In this document: piece after piece, positions 17,836-27,747 of the stretch
Layout: the number at the start of each line of letters is the position of its first letter
Numbering within the stretch: the first letter of the stretch is position 1
Assembly (NCBI GenBank): GCA_002372695.1
Contig: DFHS01000022.1
Location: 6,284-70,283 of the forward strand
Source: Bacteroidales bacterium UBA3717
Lineage (GTDB): Bacteria > Bacteroidota > Bacteroidia > Bacteroidales > Paludibacteraceae
Reading direction: 5' to 3'
DNA length: 64,000 nt
Notes under the pieces: generated by a model
Database searches by the model: none
What the model was told of the DNA's origin: nothing
What the model saw: the letters and a program-made list of their open reading frames with translations, nothing else
Program-made: the position numbers and the translations under genes

Positions 17836-19379
17836 GAAAAATCACTCTATTGCTGCTTGCCGCAGCTGTTTTAGGCGCTTGTACATCAGCGTCAAAGTAT
17901 CAAACGACCAAGCAAAAGGACATTGACGCCCTAACCAAATCGGCTTCCTTTGAGATGCCGGAAGTGACCGTACCTTCGTTCCCGAACCGCACGTTTAACA
18001 TCCTCGACTACGGAGCTGACAACACCGGCGTCGCTTTGGCTACCGAGGCCATTCAGAAAGCTATCGACGAGTGTACAGCAGCCGACGGCGGAACGGTTAT
18101 CATCCCCGAAGGTATCTATACCACCGGACCAATCACCCTCAAGTCCAACGTCCGTCTCTTCACAGAGAAGAACTCTTTTGTAGTATTCTCCCACGACCTC
18201 GATCTCTATGAGATCTACGACGAGTGGTTCGAAGGTATCCCTACCAAGCGTTGCACAAGCCCGCTGAACGCTCGCGACGCAGAGAACATCGCCATCACAG
18301 GCTTTGGCACCTTCAACGGCAACGGCGATTGGTGGCGTCCGCTCAAGAAATCCAAGATGGCTCCTTCGCAATGGAAGAAACACCTCAAGGAGAAAGGCGG
18401 CGTAGTGACCGAGAACGATATCTGGTACCCGGATAGTGCATCGATCCTGGCGCAGAGCTATTGCCTCGACCAGAACGTGCCCGTCATCGAAGATGACAGC
18501 CTCTGGCAAGTAGTAAAATCTTTCCTCCGCCCGGTAATGCTCCATTTCGTGGGCTGCAAGAATATCCTCCTCGAGGGCGTGACCTTCGAGAACAGCCCGG
18601 CGTGGAACCTCCACCCTATGTGCTGCGAGAACCTCATCCTGCGCGACCTCAATGTCCGCAACCCCTGGTATAGCCAGAACGGCGACGGCGTAGATATCGA
18701 ATCCTGCAAAAATGTAGTGATTGCACGCTGCTCTTTCGACGTGGGTGACGATGCTATCTGCATGAAGTCCGGCAAGGACAAACCCGGCCGTGACCGCGGC
18801 ATCCCGACGGAGAATGTGGTAGTCGATGACTGCGTCGTTTATCATGGTCACGGCGGTTTCGTATGCGGCTCGGAGATGTCCGGCGGAATCAAGAATGTCG
18901 AGGTGCGCAACAACCTCTATATCGGTACCGATGTCGGTCTGCGTTTCAAATCCACTCGCGGACGCGGCGGTGTCGTAGAGAATATCTACATCAACGGCGT
19001 CAACATGGTCAATATCCCGAACGAAGGACTCCTTTTTGACCTCTTCTACGGCGGTAAAGGCGCCGGTGAAGAAACCGAAGAAGAACTCGCTGCGCGTATG
19101 AACGCAGCGGCTCCGGCTGTAAGCGAAGAAACCCCGGCTTTCAAGAATATCGTCATCGAGAATGTCAAGGGTGCGAATATCAAACGCGCCATCTATTTCA
19201 ACGGTCTGCCCGAGCAGAAGATTGAGAATGTCACCCTGCGGAACATCACCATTTCCGCTACCGAAGGTGCGCTCTTCCGCCAGACCAACGGTCTTGTCAT
19301 CGACAATGTCAATATCCAGGCTCAGAAAGGCGAAGCCTTCACCCTCGCTCCGACCGTAGAGAATGTCAAGATCAATTAA
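17832..19379 (+). CDS. Glycoside hydrolase family 28 (polygalacturonase-like) lipoprotein
   Basis: Lipobox LGACTS and the GH28 catalytic blocks NGDGVDIES, GDDAICMKSG, YHGHGG and RFKSTRGRGG. Confidence 0.85.
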   Translation: MRKITLLLLAAAVLGACTSASKYQTTKQKDIDALTKSASFEMPEVTVPSFPNRTFNILDYGADNTGVALATEAIQKAIDECTAADGGTVIIPEGIYTTGPITLKSNVRLFTEKNSFVVFSHDLDLYEIYDEWFEGIPTKRCTSPLNARDAENIAITGFGTFNGNGDWWRPLKKSKMAPSQWKKHLKEKGGVVTENDIWYPDSASILAQSYCLDQNVPVIEDDSLWQVVKSFLRPVMLHFVGCKNILLEGVTFENSPAWNLHPMCCENLILRDLNVRNPWYSQNGDGVDIESCKNVVIARCSFDVGDDAICMKSGKDKPGRDRGIPTENVVVDDCVVYHGHGGFVCGSEMSGGIKNVEVRNNLYIGTDVGLRFKSTRGRGGVVENIYINGVNMVNIPNEGLLFDLFYGGKGAGEETEEELAARMNAAAPAVSEETPAFKNIVIENVKGANIKRAIYFNGLPEQKIENVTLRNITISATEGALFRQTNGLVIDNVNIQAQKGEAFTLAPTVENVKIN

Positions 19380-19386
19380 AACTCCT

Positions 19387-19426
19387 TCGAAATGTCGATA
19401 AATCGAAATATCGGAATATCGCTCTA
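19387..19426. repeat. Tandem word array, 8-nt unit x5 (TCGAAATA words) spanning a start codon
   Basis: Sequence is tcgaaatg tcgataaa tcgaaata tcggaata tcgctcta. It encodes the N-terminus MSINRNIGISL of the next CDS. Confidence 0.9.
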
Positions 19427-20534
19427 TACGCTGTCAGCCGCTTTTGCGGCGGTCTTACTACCTTCCTGCTCCCCGCGGGTAGCCACTTCGTTTTGGAAAA
19501 TCGGTACTCCGGAGGATAGTATTCTTCCGGGGTACACGGTGATCCATGCCGAAGGCAAGACGCGCCACTGCTACCCGATTGAAGCATGGAGCGACGGTCC
19601 GCTGATTGACACTTACCATCAGCTCCACCACCACGGCGTGGCGGTGGAGTCCGAACTCATGGCGTACCGCATCTATTTCGATAAGAAACAGACCATCGAC
19701 CCCTATTGCAAACGTACGCCGCAACTCGAGCTTGCGCAGAGTTACTGGTATCCCAACGACTCTCTGCTCGCTGCCGGTTATGGCGATGACATCCTCCGCG
19801 TAAGCGGAACGGTCGGTGTCGGTTCCGTCAAATACTGGAACGGCAAGAAGATGGTACATTTCGAGAATGTAGCGGAGCGCTCCCAGCGTATCGTCCGCCA
19901 ATCCCGCAACTCCGCCACTATCGAGGTCGCCGTCAAAGATTGGAAACCGTCAGACCTTCAAACGAACGGACAAAGTCCGTCAAACCTCCAAACAGTCGAA
20001 GCCAAACACGGCTTCGACCTCACCGTCCAATACACCATGCGCGCCGGCCATCGTGATATGCGTTGCGACGTCTATTGTTCTTCCCCCATAGAAGGTCTCT
20101 GTACAGGCGTACAGACCATCCCGGCAAAAGGAGGCTGGCCTACAGACACCATAGTTTTACCCGATGGTACCGTTGGACTTGGAAATAATTCTCAATTGTC
20201 AATTATCAATTGTCAATTACCAAATGGCGTCCTTTTGGCGTCATTTGGTCGTGATTGGCCTGTAAACGACTCCGCCAAGTATGCCAAAGAGACCGTCGGT
20301 CTCGCCGTCTTTATTCCCAAAGAATATGCCGGTTCCCTCGTCCACGATAAGCAAAACAACCTCTGCCTTCTCAATCTTACAGGCAAAGCCGGTCGTACAG
20401 CGAAGCGGTCAGAAATGGCGACCTGTCATTTCTACCTCACCTGCTGCGGAGCGACCAAAGAAAACCACCCCGTAGCAACAACAGCCGAGGACTGGTTCGC
20501 CTATCTCCGCAAATGGGCGAAGAACCTGAGATAA
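19392..20534 (+). CDS. DUF4861-like lipoprotein (pectin-utilisation-associated family)
   Basis: Lipobox LLPSCS. Size and blocks (YRIYFDKKQTIDPYCK) resemble DUF4861. Adjacent to the GH28 gene. Confidence 0.6.
   Translation: MSINRNIGISLYTLSAAFAAVLLPSCSPRVATSFWKIGTPEDSILPGYTVIHAEGKTRHCYPIEAWSDGPLIDTYHQLHHHGVAVESELMAYRIYFDKKQTIDPYCKRTPQLELAQSYWYPNDSLLAAGYGDDILRVSGTVGVGSVKYWNGKKMVHFENVAERSQRIVRQSRNSATIEVAVKDWKPSDLQTNGQSPSNLQTVEAKHGFDLTVQYTMRAGHRDMRCDVYCSSPIEGLCTGVQTIPAKGGWPTDTIVLPDGTVGLGNNSQLSIINCQLPNGVLLASFGRDWPVNDSAKYAKETVGLAVFIPKEYAGSLVHDKQNNLCLLNLTGKAGRTAKRSEMATCHFYLTCCGATKENHPVATTAEDWFAYLRKWAKNLR
19947..19993. repeat. 30-nt direct repeat x1.6, in frame
   Basis: ccgtcagaccttcaaac at 19947 and ccgtcaaacctccaaac at 19977. 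Encodes PSDLQTNGQS PSNLQT. Confidence 0.85.
20186..20222. repeat. CAATTGT array (7-nt unit x4), in frame, copy 1 of 3
   Basis: Sequence is aataattctcaattgtcaattatcaattgtcaattac, encoding NNSQLSIINCQLP. Confidence 0.95.
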
Positions 20535-20553
20535 TTCGTTTCCTCTAAACAAA

Positions 20554-20584
20554 GTAAACGACAACTGATGAAGTTGTCGTTTAC
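20554..20584. terminator. Bidirectional intrinsic terminator
   Basis: 12-bp stem gtaaacgacaac / gttgtcgtttac with T-rich tracts on both sides. Confidence 0.75.
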
Positions 20585-20666
20585 TTGTATTTTAGCGGTC
20601 ATTTCCGTTAGCATTTCGTTACCATTACGGATGTCACTGTACCGTTTCGGTTCTCCTTCTTTCCGT

Positions 20667-20804
20667 TTAGAACGCCGGTGCACGACGTTCAGGAGCCGGA
20701 GCTGGATTAGGAGCTCCACTATAATCAAAGTTCTTCATGATTCTATTTTGGGGAGATAGAATCATCACTTCAGATATCGGCAATATATATTCTTTCTTTT
20801 TCAT
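20667..20804 (-). CDS. Candidate small ORF (45 aa), unknown function
   Basis: Below the ORF-track length cutoff. Encodes MKKKEYILPISEVMILSPQNRIMKNFDYSGAPNPAPAPERRAPAF. Has its own -7 box 17 nt upstream and is followed by the terminator at 20554-20584. Confidence 0.3.
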   Translation of the reverse strand: MKKKEYILPISEVMILSPQNRIMKNFDYSGAPNPAPAPERRAPAF

Positions 20805-20820
20805 CGTTCGAAATCGGCTG

Positions 20821-20852
20821 CAAAGTTACAACTTTTTTTTGATATACGCAAG
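20821..20852 (-). promoter_or_regulatory. Promoter (-7 TAACTTTG on the minus strand)
   Basis: Minus-strand reading is cttgcgtatatcaaaaaaaagttgtaactttg. It lies just downstream of the giant gene's stop. Confidence 0.5.
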
Positions 20853-20854
20853 AA

Positions 20855-23800
20855 TTATTTCACTTTTTTACCATTTATATCATATAAAGCGCCATCCGGC
20901 ATTACGATATAAATCGTATTATCGATAAGCACCTTGCGTACTTCGTTTTGACGATCGCCATCTACGCCTACTATGCCCGTTGCTATCTCGCTTACATAGA
21001 GTTTCAGAGCATAGCCCTCAGTCATTCCTTGAGTTAAATCAAGGGTGTATGGATTATATCTCAAGTTCCAGATAGCTTGGCCGTTATAGGTTAGATACAA
21101 TTCCGCTCCATCCGGCACGTTCTCTGTATTCAAGGTATATTCACCGGCTTGCGGCGCATACAAGCTTAGAGGATAGGTAGCGGTATTATTTCGCATAGCT
21201 TCCTCACGAACGCACAGCTTCTTGCCGCAGGCATTCACCCACATCTGGGCTTTCTTCGTTGTGGTACCCATCTTCACCAGATCACGACCGATTACATAAT
21301 CCTCCGTTGCATCTTCGCTCGCACGAATGAATAGATTATCACAAGCTTCATCATTCTCCGTAGAAAGTACTATTCCAATCGGGTTTTGCTTTTCGGCTTG
21401 GTTGCGAGCCGGTGCATAATAGGCTGCACGTGTACCATCTGCGGCTGTCAGGGAGAGTGTTCCACTTTCGGTCTGGATAAAGAACGGACGTCCGACAACA
21501 AATGTCGCAGAGTTGGTATAGACCGCGGAATATGCTCCTGAATTATTGTCATAAACCTGCACAAAATCTACGGGACATGCTGCATGGGCATAACGTAAAG
21601 TCGGGTTTCCTACGGCATTCCAGTTTGCATCACCCGGATCGTTTGCAGGATAAGCATTCAGATCCATTGTTGCGGCGGATACCATAGCTCCGGTTGCCGT
21701 CTTATGGAATCGATATATGCGCGATTGACCATCAATACCCAAGAAGTAGAACACGCCCGGAGTCATAATGCCGGAGAATTCTCTCCATCCGGAAAGTCCG
21801 CTCGCGCGACGCTGACTATTGTACGTAGCGATCGCATAATCCCAATCACGCACAATACCACTTTCGATGGTACCATCCGGACGGATACGTTCTACACCGG
21901 TGTTAGCATCTACAGGGAACGGAACGGTGAATCCATACCACTGATTTTCGTCCAAAACAGCGTTGTCCGAAATCTTAATATCTATGTACGCCTCGCCTTG
22001 AATATCTAAGTTCTCCGGATTTTCCACTTGGCCACTCTGACCTTGCGATGCTTCGATAGAGAAGTCATTGACCTTGAATGTACTATTGAGGGTTAACTCA
22101 CCACCTTCTTTAACTACCATGTTACCATAGTTACCCGTGGAAGTCTCTTGATATCCATCCACGGTCAGATGGCCTGTTGCAGCAATAGTTACCTCAGTTC
22201 CTTCCTCTATCTTCATGGAGCCAACATGTACCACACTGTCAATTACTACATTCTCAGCGATAGTCACGCTCACATTAGAAATAGGAGGCACAAAGCCGTT
22301 AGACCAGTTAGAGGGATTATTCCAATCGTTGTCTCCGGCATTGTTCACAAACACGCGTTCGATTTGCAGAATCGTCATCGGCACTTTGCACGATACGCGA
22401 TTGTAGCATGCCTCATTGGCAGGAATGAACGCCGCGTCATATTCTTGAGTTCCGATAGTTACCGCTTGGAAATCCTCGGTTGTCCATTCAAAATGGCCGA
22501 TTACTTTACGCTCGCCGGAACGAGCCACACCATCCAGCAACGCAGACTCATGCAACCATTGTTGCTCATAGATGGAGTTCGCCGTAGGAAGCGTATCTAT
22601 CACCGGAGTTGCTTTCTCAAACGTAATCGTGCGGCTGATAGACGCTGCATTATAGATTTCATCACTACTGCTGCTAACCGTTACAACCACCGTTCCCGGT
22701 TGTTTGATAACCAGCTCCCCATCCACAATGTCCGCATAATCAGGATTGTTAGAAGAATATGTTAATTCTCTATCTAATGCCTCACTGCTAAATGCATCGG
22801 TGATCGTTGCGTTCAGCGGCACTACCGCGCTACAAAGCAGCGTCTGGTCGTCCGCGAAATCCCAAGTGATTACCTGATTACGCTTGTTGGCCGTTACCAC
22901 TACTGGGAATGTCAGGTCATCATACCAAGCTCCGTTACTCGGAGTGAAGCGTACATTATAGTCTTGCGTTCCGTTACTTAATACCTGCGTATCATCTACC
23001 CACGCATAACTACCGCTCACCGCTTCGCTCTTATCGTTCAGCATCACAGCTTCTGATGCGTTCAGACTGGAAGCACTCAAGGTACACGGCAATGTAACCG
23101 TGCTTGCAATTGGCTTTACGGAAACAGACGGAGTTACTTTGCTAATATGCATTGTAACAGGCTCCAAAGCGACTGAATTATACAATCCACTTCCCTCTTG
23201 AGATGCCGTTACATGAATCTCTCCGGAAGTCTTGATTGTCAACTCTCCGTTCTCGCTCACCTCGGCTATTTCTTCATCACCCTCTGCCAACGAATAAGTA
23301 ACCGCAAGTCCGGACGAAGCCGTTGCATTAAATGTCACTACGTCAGTAGTCTTCAACTCCGTCTCAGGACTCCAACTAATCGTCTGATCGCTCTTCGACA
23401 CTTTAGCATGCACATGGATGGTTGCCATCAGACCATGCTCGTCTGTAACAATAATCTCATCGCTCTCGTCTATCGGCTCTTTCGCATAATAGATAATCGT
23501 GATAGTCGTTCTGCCGTTCTCGCCACAGCCCTGACCGATCTCCGTCGGAGTAATGCGGAAGTTCGGATTGGTATGATTGACATACAGCATATCGAATATA
23601 TTCGAGTAGTTCACCACTACCGATTTGATATAAGTCTGCCCCAGATGCGTCTCCTCTGCCGGGAAAGAAACATCAGTGCTGGTCTTGCCTTGCACGTCAT
23701 CCAACTCCAGATATTTGGCTTTGGTGACATAGGCGCTTCGGAAAGTATGGTAACATGTGGCGCCGAACTCCGTATAGAATTTCACTTTCGTTGTGTTACG

Positions 23801-26800
23801 ATTGAGGGTAATAGGTCCAAACGACTTCTCCTCATCTACTTTCAAGTTACTGGACCATAATTTATGCCACTGTCCATTATAATACTCCGCAAAATGCATC
23901 GGACCGGACTGCGGGAATCCTAATATCCGCTCACCTAATGCCGAGAACGTGATTTGATTCGGCTCTCCGCTCAAACTGAGTTCCTTGGTCTCTACCGTAT
24001 TCAAAGCATAGCTTGCATTACTCAGCACATAAGGCGTACAACCGATAGAACGAACACGCACTTTCACTTTGCGGGTCACGGATGCAGGTTCATAAACTCC
24101 GGCTTCTCCTGCTACAGAAGCGGTCAAATTTGCTGTTCCCTCTCCTACCACGTGCAGTTTCCCCCCTACTATAGTTACTACGCTTGTGTTATCGCTCGAA
24201 TAGGTCACTGGACGGGCATCAATAGCTACTCTCTCGTCATTGATATACTCATATGCACTTGCCGTCAGATCAAAGTCCACATCGCTGGTCGTCAAACGGG
24301 TAAAGGTCTGATCCCAGTTGATACGCTGTACTTTGAGGTCGGTCACTTTGATGGTATAGTCGCCCGAAATAGGATTCCACATGTCATCCCCGTCATTCGC
24401 AACGCGCAATGTAACGGTACCCGGTTTAATAGTCTTCAATACCGTTCCGTCCATTTCTACCACTCCTTCTTCCGTGGTCGAAACAATGCTGTAGTTGAGC
24501 GCCAGCGGGGCAATTGCCGGGTTAGGAATGATCTCGCCTACAGAGATAGGAGTCAATTCATCCTGCCAGATCAGTGTCTGGTCTTTCTTGTTGGTCTTTC
24601 CCTTTACCTTAAACGATGTTGTATAACCGTTCTCACTGGTCAGCGTTATAGTAGCCTCGTCATATTCGCCTGTGGTCACTTTCTTGTGGTGATAGCGGAT
24701 GACGATAGAGGACGATTCATCATAGTTATCAATCTCACTGTCTATCGTTTCAGTAATCACATCAAACACACCCGGGTTGCTGCTGGTCACTGTAGTTGTC
24801 GGTACGCTATACCAACCGATAGGAATTGCACGGTCCGTTGCCGGATTACCCACTTCAAAGCTACTACCGAAATCATAATCCTCCACCTCAATACCTCTAC
24901 GCTCGGTTACAGTAATATTCTTGAAATAACCCGCATAGTTTCCACTCCAGAAAAACTTCAGATATCTCGTAGAAGGATCCAAGTTCCTATTCGTTAGCGT
25001 TCCTGACTCTGACACAGACATAATTGCTTCACCCCAGTTCGAGCCATCCGAAGACTCATAGATTTTCCAATCTTTACCGGTAGAACCTCCTGAACAGGAA
25101 TAAGCACAAGACAACTGATAAGGTACACCTTCAAAGGGACCAACTACCATGTATTTGTCGTCATAGTTTGCGGCATTAGAGATATTAGCAGTATTATCTC
25201 CCACCATTATTCCGCCATTCCACGATTGAATACCACTTGAACTTCCTTTCAGCGCATTATACAAGGTCTCATCCATTGTAAATGTCACATGTTTATTGGC
25301 CTTTTTTGCCGTAATGGTAAATTCCTTCGAACTTGCCAGATACGTATCATTTCCGCTTTGACTCACGCGGAATTTAGCACTCTGACCGTTATTGTCATAC
25401 ACCCTAATGGAGTTTCCGAACACACGCGCCGTGCGATCTACGCCACTGATGCGTGTAATAGTAATTGGGCAGTTCACATCCGTATTAGCCGAAGTGATCT
25501 CCGGATCAATGGTCGTGTTCCATGCCGTCGCAGGCACACCGGAAATAGTGATATTCGGATCTTTCTTATTAACCGTCACTATTATACTTTTGCTTCCTTC
25601 CGCCCACTTGGTAGTCTTCGCCTGAGCAAAGGTAATCGTATCCGTTCCGGCTCCCTTGGCTTTGATAACACCATCCTCATATACAGCCACTGCTTCATTC
25701 GTAGAGGTGATACTCATCGGCACTTCATTATTCGTCGTTGCCAATGCCGGATCATAACTATCGCCTACCTCCATCGTCTTTTCGCTCACATTGGTAGTGA
25801 TAGTAGTGGTGTTCAGCGACACATTAACCGTCACCGTTCTACTACCTGCCTGGTAGTCATCCGTTGCTTTCTGAGACAAGACCACATCTGCTTTACCTGC
25901 GCCAAGAGCTTTAATGCGATGAGCTTCTGTATCATAAACAGCCACTCCGGAATTGGTTGAAGTGTAAGTAATCGTTTCTTCCGTATTTTTGGAGGTAACA
26001 TAACCGGAAGACTCTCCGACCTTCAAATTGATAGTTTTTCCATCGGCAGGAATAATTACGCCATCAAAATAAAGCTCGATGGTCTCTTTCTCCTTGACAG
26101 TAAAGGTTTTTCTGCTGGTTACCTCATTATAGTCGGCATCGCCTGCAAGCGTAGCAATAATATCTACATCGCCTAATCCGTTCGCAGTGATGGTGTTTCC
26201 CGAGACGCTAATCTTGGAAGGATCCGCACTGCTGTACGTGATTGCTCTTCCGCTCGGATCACCGTACGCATAGCCCGTAATGTCACGCGATTTATTAATC
26301 TGTATATTGGGATCCACTTTCGTCTCATCCCATACAATCGTCTGACTTTTCTTGATTGTAAAAATCTTAGAAAGCGATGCAGCTTTATATTTATAGTTGG
26401 CTGCTTGGTTAGCCGTAATAGTAACTGTCTGTCCTGCGCCAGCCTGATTAAAGGTGAATTTACCATCCGCTAAAGTAACATAAGACCCTTTGCCAGTCTC
26501 TATAGAATACGTAATAGCAGGACAGCCAGACTCATTATTAGTAGCTGTAGCATTTGCATCTACTTTATCTCCCCAATTCTTTTTGTTTGACGTATTTGGA
26601 TCCCATGTAATAGCATTTTCATTCAGCACACCTGTTCCGCTTAATGACACCGTTGCCGTACTGGTTCCATCAGTAATCGTAATCGTTCCCGAATAAGTTT
26701 CTGCTGCCTTCGGACGGAAATAGACATTGAAGCCATATTTAGTAATATCTCCTAATGTACTTCCACTGGCTGTCGCATCAGAAGAACCATTGCCGCTCGC

Positions 26801-27631
26801 ACAAGCGTTCGCTCCTACATTATAGGATTTATCATCCTTACTGGAACTAATCGATCCGGTCGTATTATCAGCCGTCCCCAAACGAAAAACATCAGCGTCT
26901 CCACTGGTAAGAGTAATGGTAATACCCTTTGTATCCGTCAAGAACGAACGGAAATTGATTTCAATTGCCTCTGACGTAGCCTCAACATATGTATCCGGAA
27001 TCGTCGGAGTTATTGAAGTCGCTCCTACACTATTATTGGCAAGGCGGATATGCTTAGCCATTGGGATTCGAATATCATCGACGTAGATTCCACTACTGTT
27101 TGAACCATGATACCCCACTTTAACTGTCGTGATATCCACTCCAACACTCGTACTTGCGGTTGCATACGACGTATGCTCATTCTTCGTTGCATTACTTGAC
27201 GCAATTTTAGAATCATTAACATACAAATCCACTCCAGGCCATCTAGAAGCCTTTTTCCATTCAATATATATTGTTCCAGATGTAGGAGGGTATACGGATT
27301 CATTAATTTCATTTGTAAATATTCCATTATTAGTTTTTTCATTCCCGTCAAACAACGACCACCATTTATTATCATGGTACGATTGCGCCCAAACCTCGCT
27401 ATTCCAGCCGCCAACGAAAAGCAGCAGCACAGCCAAAATAGCCACGCGGAACGGTCGAATCGTTAGTGATAAGTTGGAGATACGTTGGTAATTCGTTGGA
27501 TATTCAGCCTCCGTCACCCTACCCACAGAACGACGAGTAGTGCCGAAAATTGGCTTGACAAACTTGACAAAGTTGGCAAAAATTTGCTTTGCACTTTTTG
27601 CACTATTTGCACTTTCAGACATATTTTTCAT
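20855..27631 (-). CDS. Giant (2258 aa) cell-surface protein with many Ig-like (Big_2-type) repeats and a T9SS C-terminal sorting tail
   Basis: Repeated about 80-90-aa modules (ITYSSADPSKISVSGNTITANGLGDVDIIATL and ITYTSTNSGVAVYD...IKALGAGKADVVL types). C-terminus is VRKVLIDNTIYIVMPDGALYDINGKKVK. The hydrophobic signal core comes only after about 60 aa. Confidence 0.85.
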   Translation of the reverse strand: MKNMSESANSAKSAKQIFANFVKFVKPIFGTTRRSVGRVTEAEYPTNYQRISNLSLTIRPFRVAILAVLLLFVGGWNSEVWAQSYHDNKWWSLFDGNEKTNNGIFTNEINESVYPPTSGTIYIEWKKASRWPGVDLYVNDSKIASSNATKNEHTSYATASTSVGVDITTVKVGYHGSNSSGIYVDDIRIPMAKHIRLANNSVGATSITPTIPDTYVEATSEAIEINFRSFLTDTKGITITLTSGDADVFRLGTADNTTGSISSSKDDKSYNVGANACASGNGSSDATASGSTLGDITKYGFNVYFRPKAAETYSGTITITDGTSTATVSLSGTGVLNENAITWDPNTSNKKNWGDKVDANATATNNESGCPAITYSIETGKGSYVTLADGKFTFNQAGAGQTVTITANQAANYKYKAASLSKIFTIKKSQTIVWDETKVDPNIQINKSRDITGYAYGDPSGRAITYSSADPSKISVSGNTITANGLGDVDIIATLAGDADYNEVTSRKTFTVKEKETIELYFDGVIIPADGKTINLKVGESSGYVTSKNTEETITYTSTNSGVAVYDTEAHRIKALGAGKADVVLSQKATDDYQAGSRTVTVNVSLNTTTITTNVSEKTMEVGDSYDPALATTNNEVPMSITSTNEAVAVYEDGVIKAKGAGTDTITFAQAKTTKWAEGSKSIIVTVNKKDPNITISGVPATAWNTTIDPEITSANTDVNCPITITRISGVDRTARVFGNSIRVYDNNGQSAKFRVSQSGNDTYLASSKEFTITAKKANKHVTFTMDETLYNALKGSSSGIQSWNGGIMVGDNTANISNAANYDDKYMVVGPFEGVPYQLSCAYSCSGGSTGKDWKIYESSDGSNWGEAIMSVSESGTLTNRNLDPSTRYLKFFWSGNYAGYFKNITVTERRGIEVEDYDFGSSFEVGNPATDRAIPIGWYSVPTTTVTSSNPGVFDVITETIDSEIDNYDESSSIVIRYHHKKVTTGEYDEATITLTSENGYTTSFKVKGKTNKKDQTLIWQDELTPISVGEIIPNPAIAPLALNYSIVSTTEEGVVEMDGTVLKTIKPGTVTLRVANDGDDMWNPISGDYTIKVTDLKVQRINWDQTFTRLTTSDVDFDLTASAYEYINDERVAIDARPVTYSSDNTSVVTIVGGKLHVVGEGTANLTASVAGEAGVYEPASVTRKVKVRVRSIGCTPYVLSNASYALNTVETKELSLSGEPNQITFSALGERILGFPQSGPMHFAEYYNGQWHKLWSSNLKVDEEKSFGPITLNRNTTKVKFYTEFGATCYHTFRSAYVTKAKYLELDDVQGKTSTDVSFPAEETHLGQTYIKSVVVNYSNIFDMLYVNHTNPNFRITPTEIGQGCGENGRTTITIIYYAKEPIDESDEIIVTDEHGLMATIHVHAKVSKSDQTISWSPETELKTTDVVTFNATASSGLAVTYSLAEGDEEIAEVSENGELTIKTSGEIHVTASQEGSGLYNSVALEPVTMHISKVTPSVSVKPIASTVTLPCTLSASSLNASEAVMLNDKSEAVSGSYAWVDDTQVLSNGTQDYNVRFTPSNGAWYDDLTFPVVVTANKRNQVITWDFADDQTLLCSAVVPLNATITDAFSSEALDRELTYSSNNPDYADIVDGELVIKQPGTVVVTVSSSSDEIYNAASISRTITFEKATPVIDTLPTANSIYEQQWLHESALLDGVARSGERKVIGHFEWTTEDFQAVTIGTQEYDAAFIPANEACYNRVSCKVPMTILQIERVFVNNAGDNDWNNPSNWSNGFVPPISNVSVTIAENVVIDSVVHVGSMKIEEGTEVTIAATGHLTVDGYQETSTGNYGNMVVKEGGELTLNSTFKVNDFSIEASQGQSGQVENPENLDIQGEAYIDIKISDNAVLDENQWYGFTVPFPVDANTGVERIRPDGTIESGIVRDWDYAIATYNSQRRASGLSGWREFSGIMTPGVFYFLGIDGQSRIYRFHKTATGAMVSAATMDLNAYPANDPGDANWNAVGNPTLRYAHAACPVDFVQVYDNNSGAYSAVYTNSATFVVGRPFFIQTESGTLSLTAADGTRAAYYAPARNQAEKQNPIGIVLSTENDEACDNLFIRASEDATEDYVIGRDLVKMGTTTKKAQMWVNACGKKLCVREEAMRNNTATYPLSLYAPQAGEYTLNTENVPDGAELYLTYNGQAIWNLRYNPYTLDLTQGMTEGYALKLYVSEIATGIVGVDGDRQNEVRKVLIDNTIYIVMPDGALYDINGKKVK
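27554..27616. repeat. Tandem word arrays, 9-nt unit x7, in frame in the first 26 codons of the giant gene
   Basis: Plus-strand reading is cttgacaaa cttgacaaa gttggcaaa aatttgctt tgcactttt tgcactatt tgcactttc. Encodes SESANSAKSAKQIFANFVKFVK. Confidence 0.9.
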
Positions 27632-27665
27632 ACCTTAAATACCTTTCTGTTTGTTATTTTTGCGT

Positions 27666-27694
27666 GTCGCTTTGTCGCTTTGTCGCTTTGCTTT
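27666..27694. repeat. Tandem word array, 8-nt unit x3.5 (GTCGCTTT) in the giant-gene 5' leader
   Basis: gtcgcttt occurs at 27666, 27674 and 27682. Confidence 0.95.
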
Positions 27695-27702
27695 AAAAAT
27701 TT

Positions 27703-27732
27703 GACGTGACACTTTGACACTTTGACACTTTT
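27703..27732. repeat. Tandem word array, 8-nt unit x3.5 (GACACTTT) in the giant-gene 5' leader
   Basis: gacacttt occurs at 27708, 27716 and 27724. Confidence 0.95.
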
Positions 27733-27747
27733 GCTAACTCAATTTTG

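Noticed and set aside
21502-27491. Plus-strand ORFs of 60-350 aa inside the giant adhesin gene (for example 22148-22765, 23198-23860, 23954-24997, 25289-25960).
   Set aside because: They lie opposite one continuous 6.8-kb ORF with repeated Ig-like modules. Their translations are Ile/Arg/Cys-rich nonsense with no promoters.
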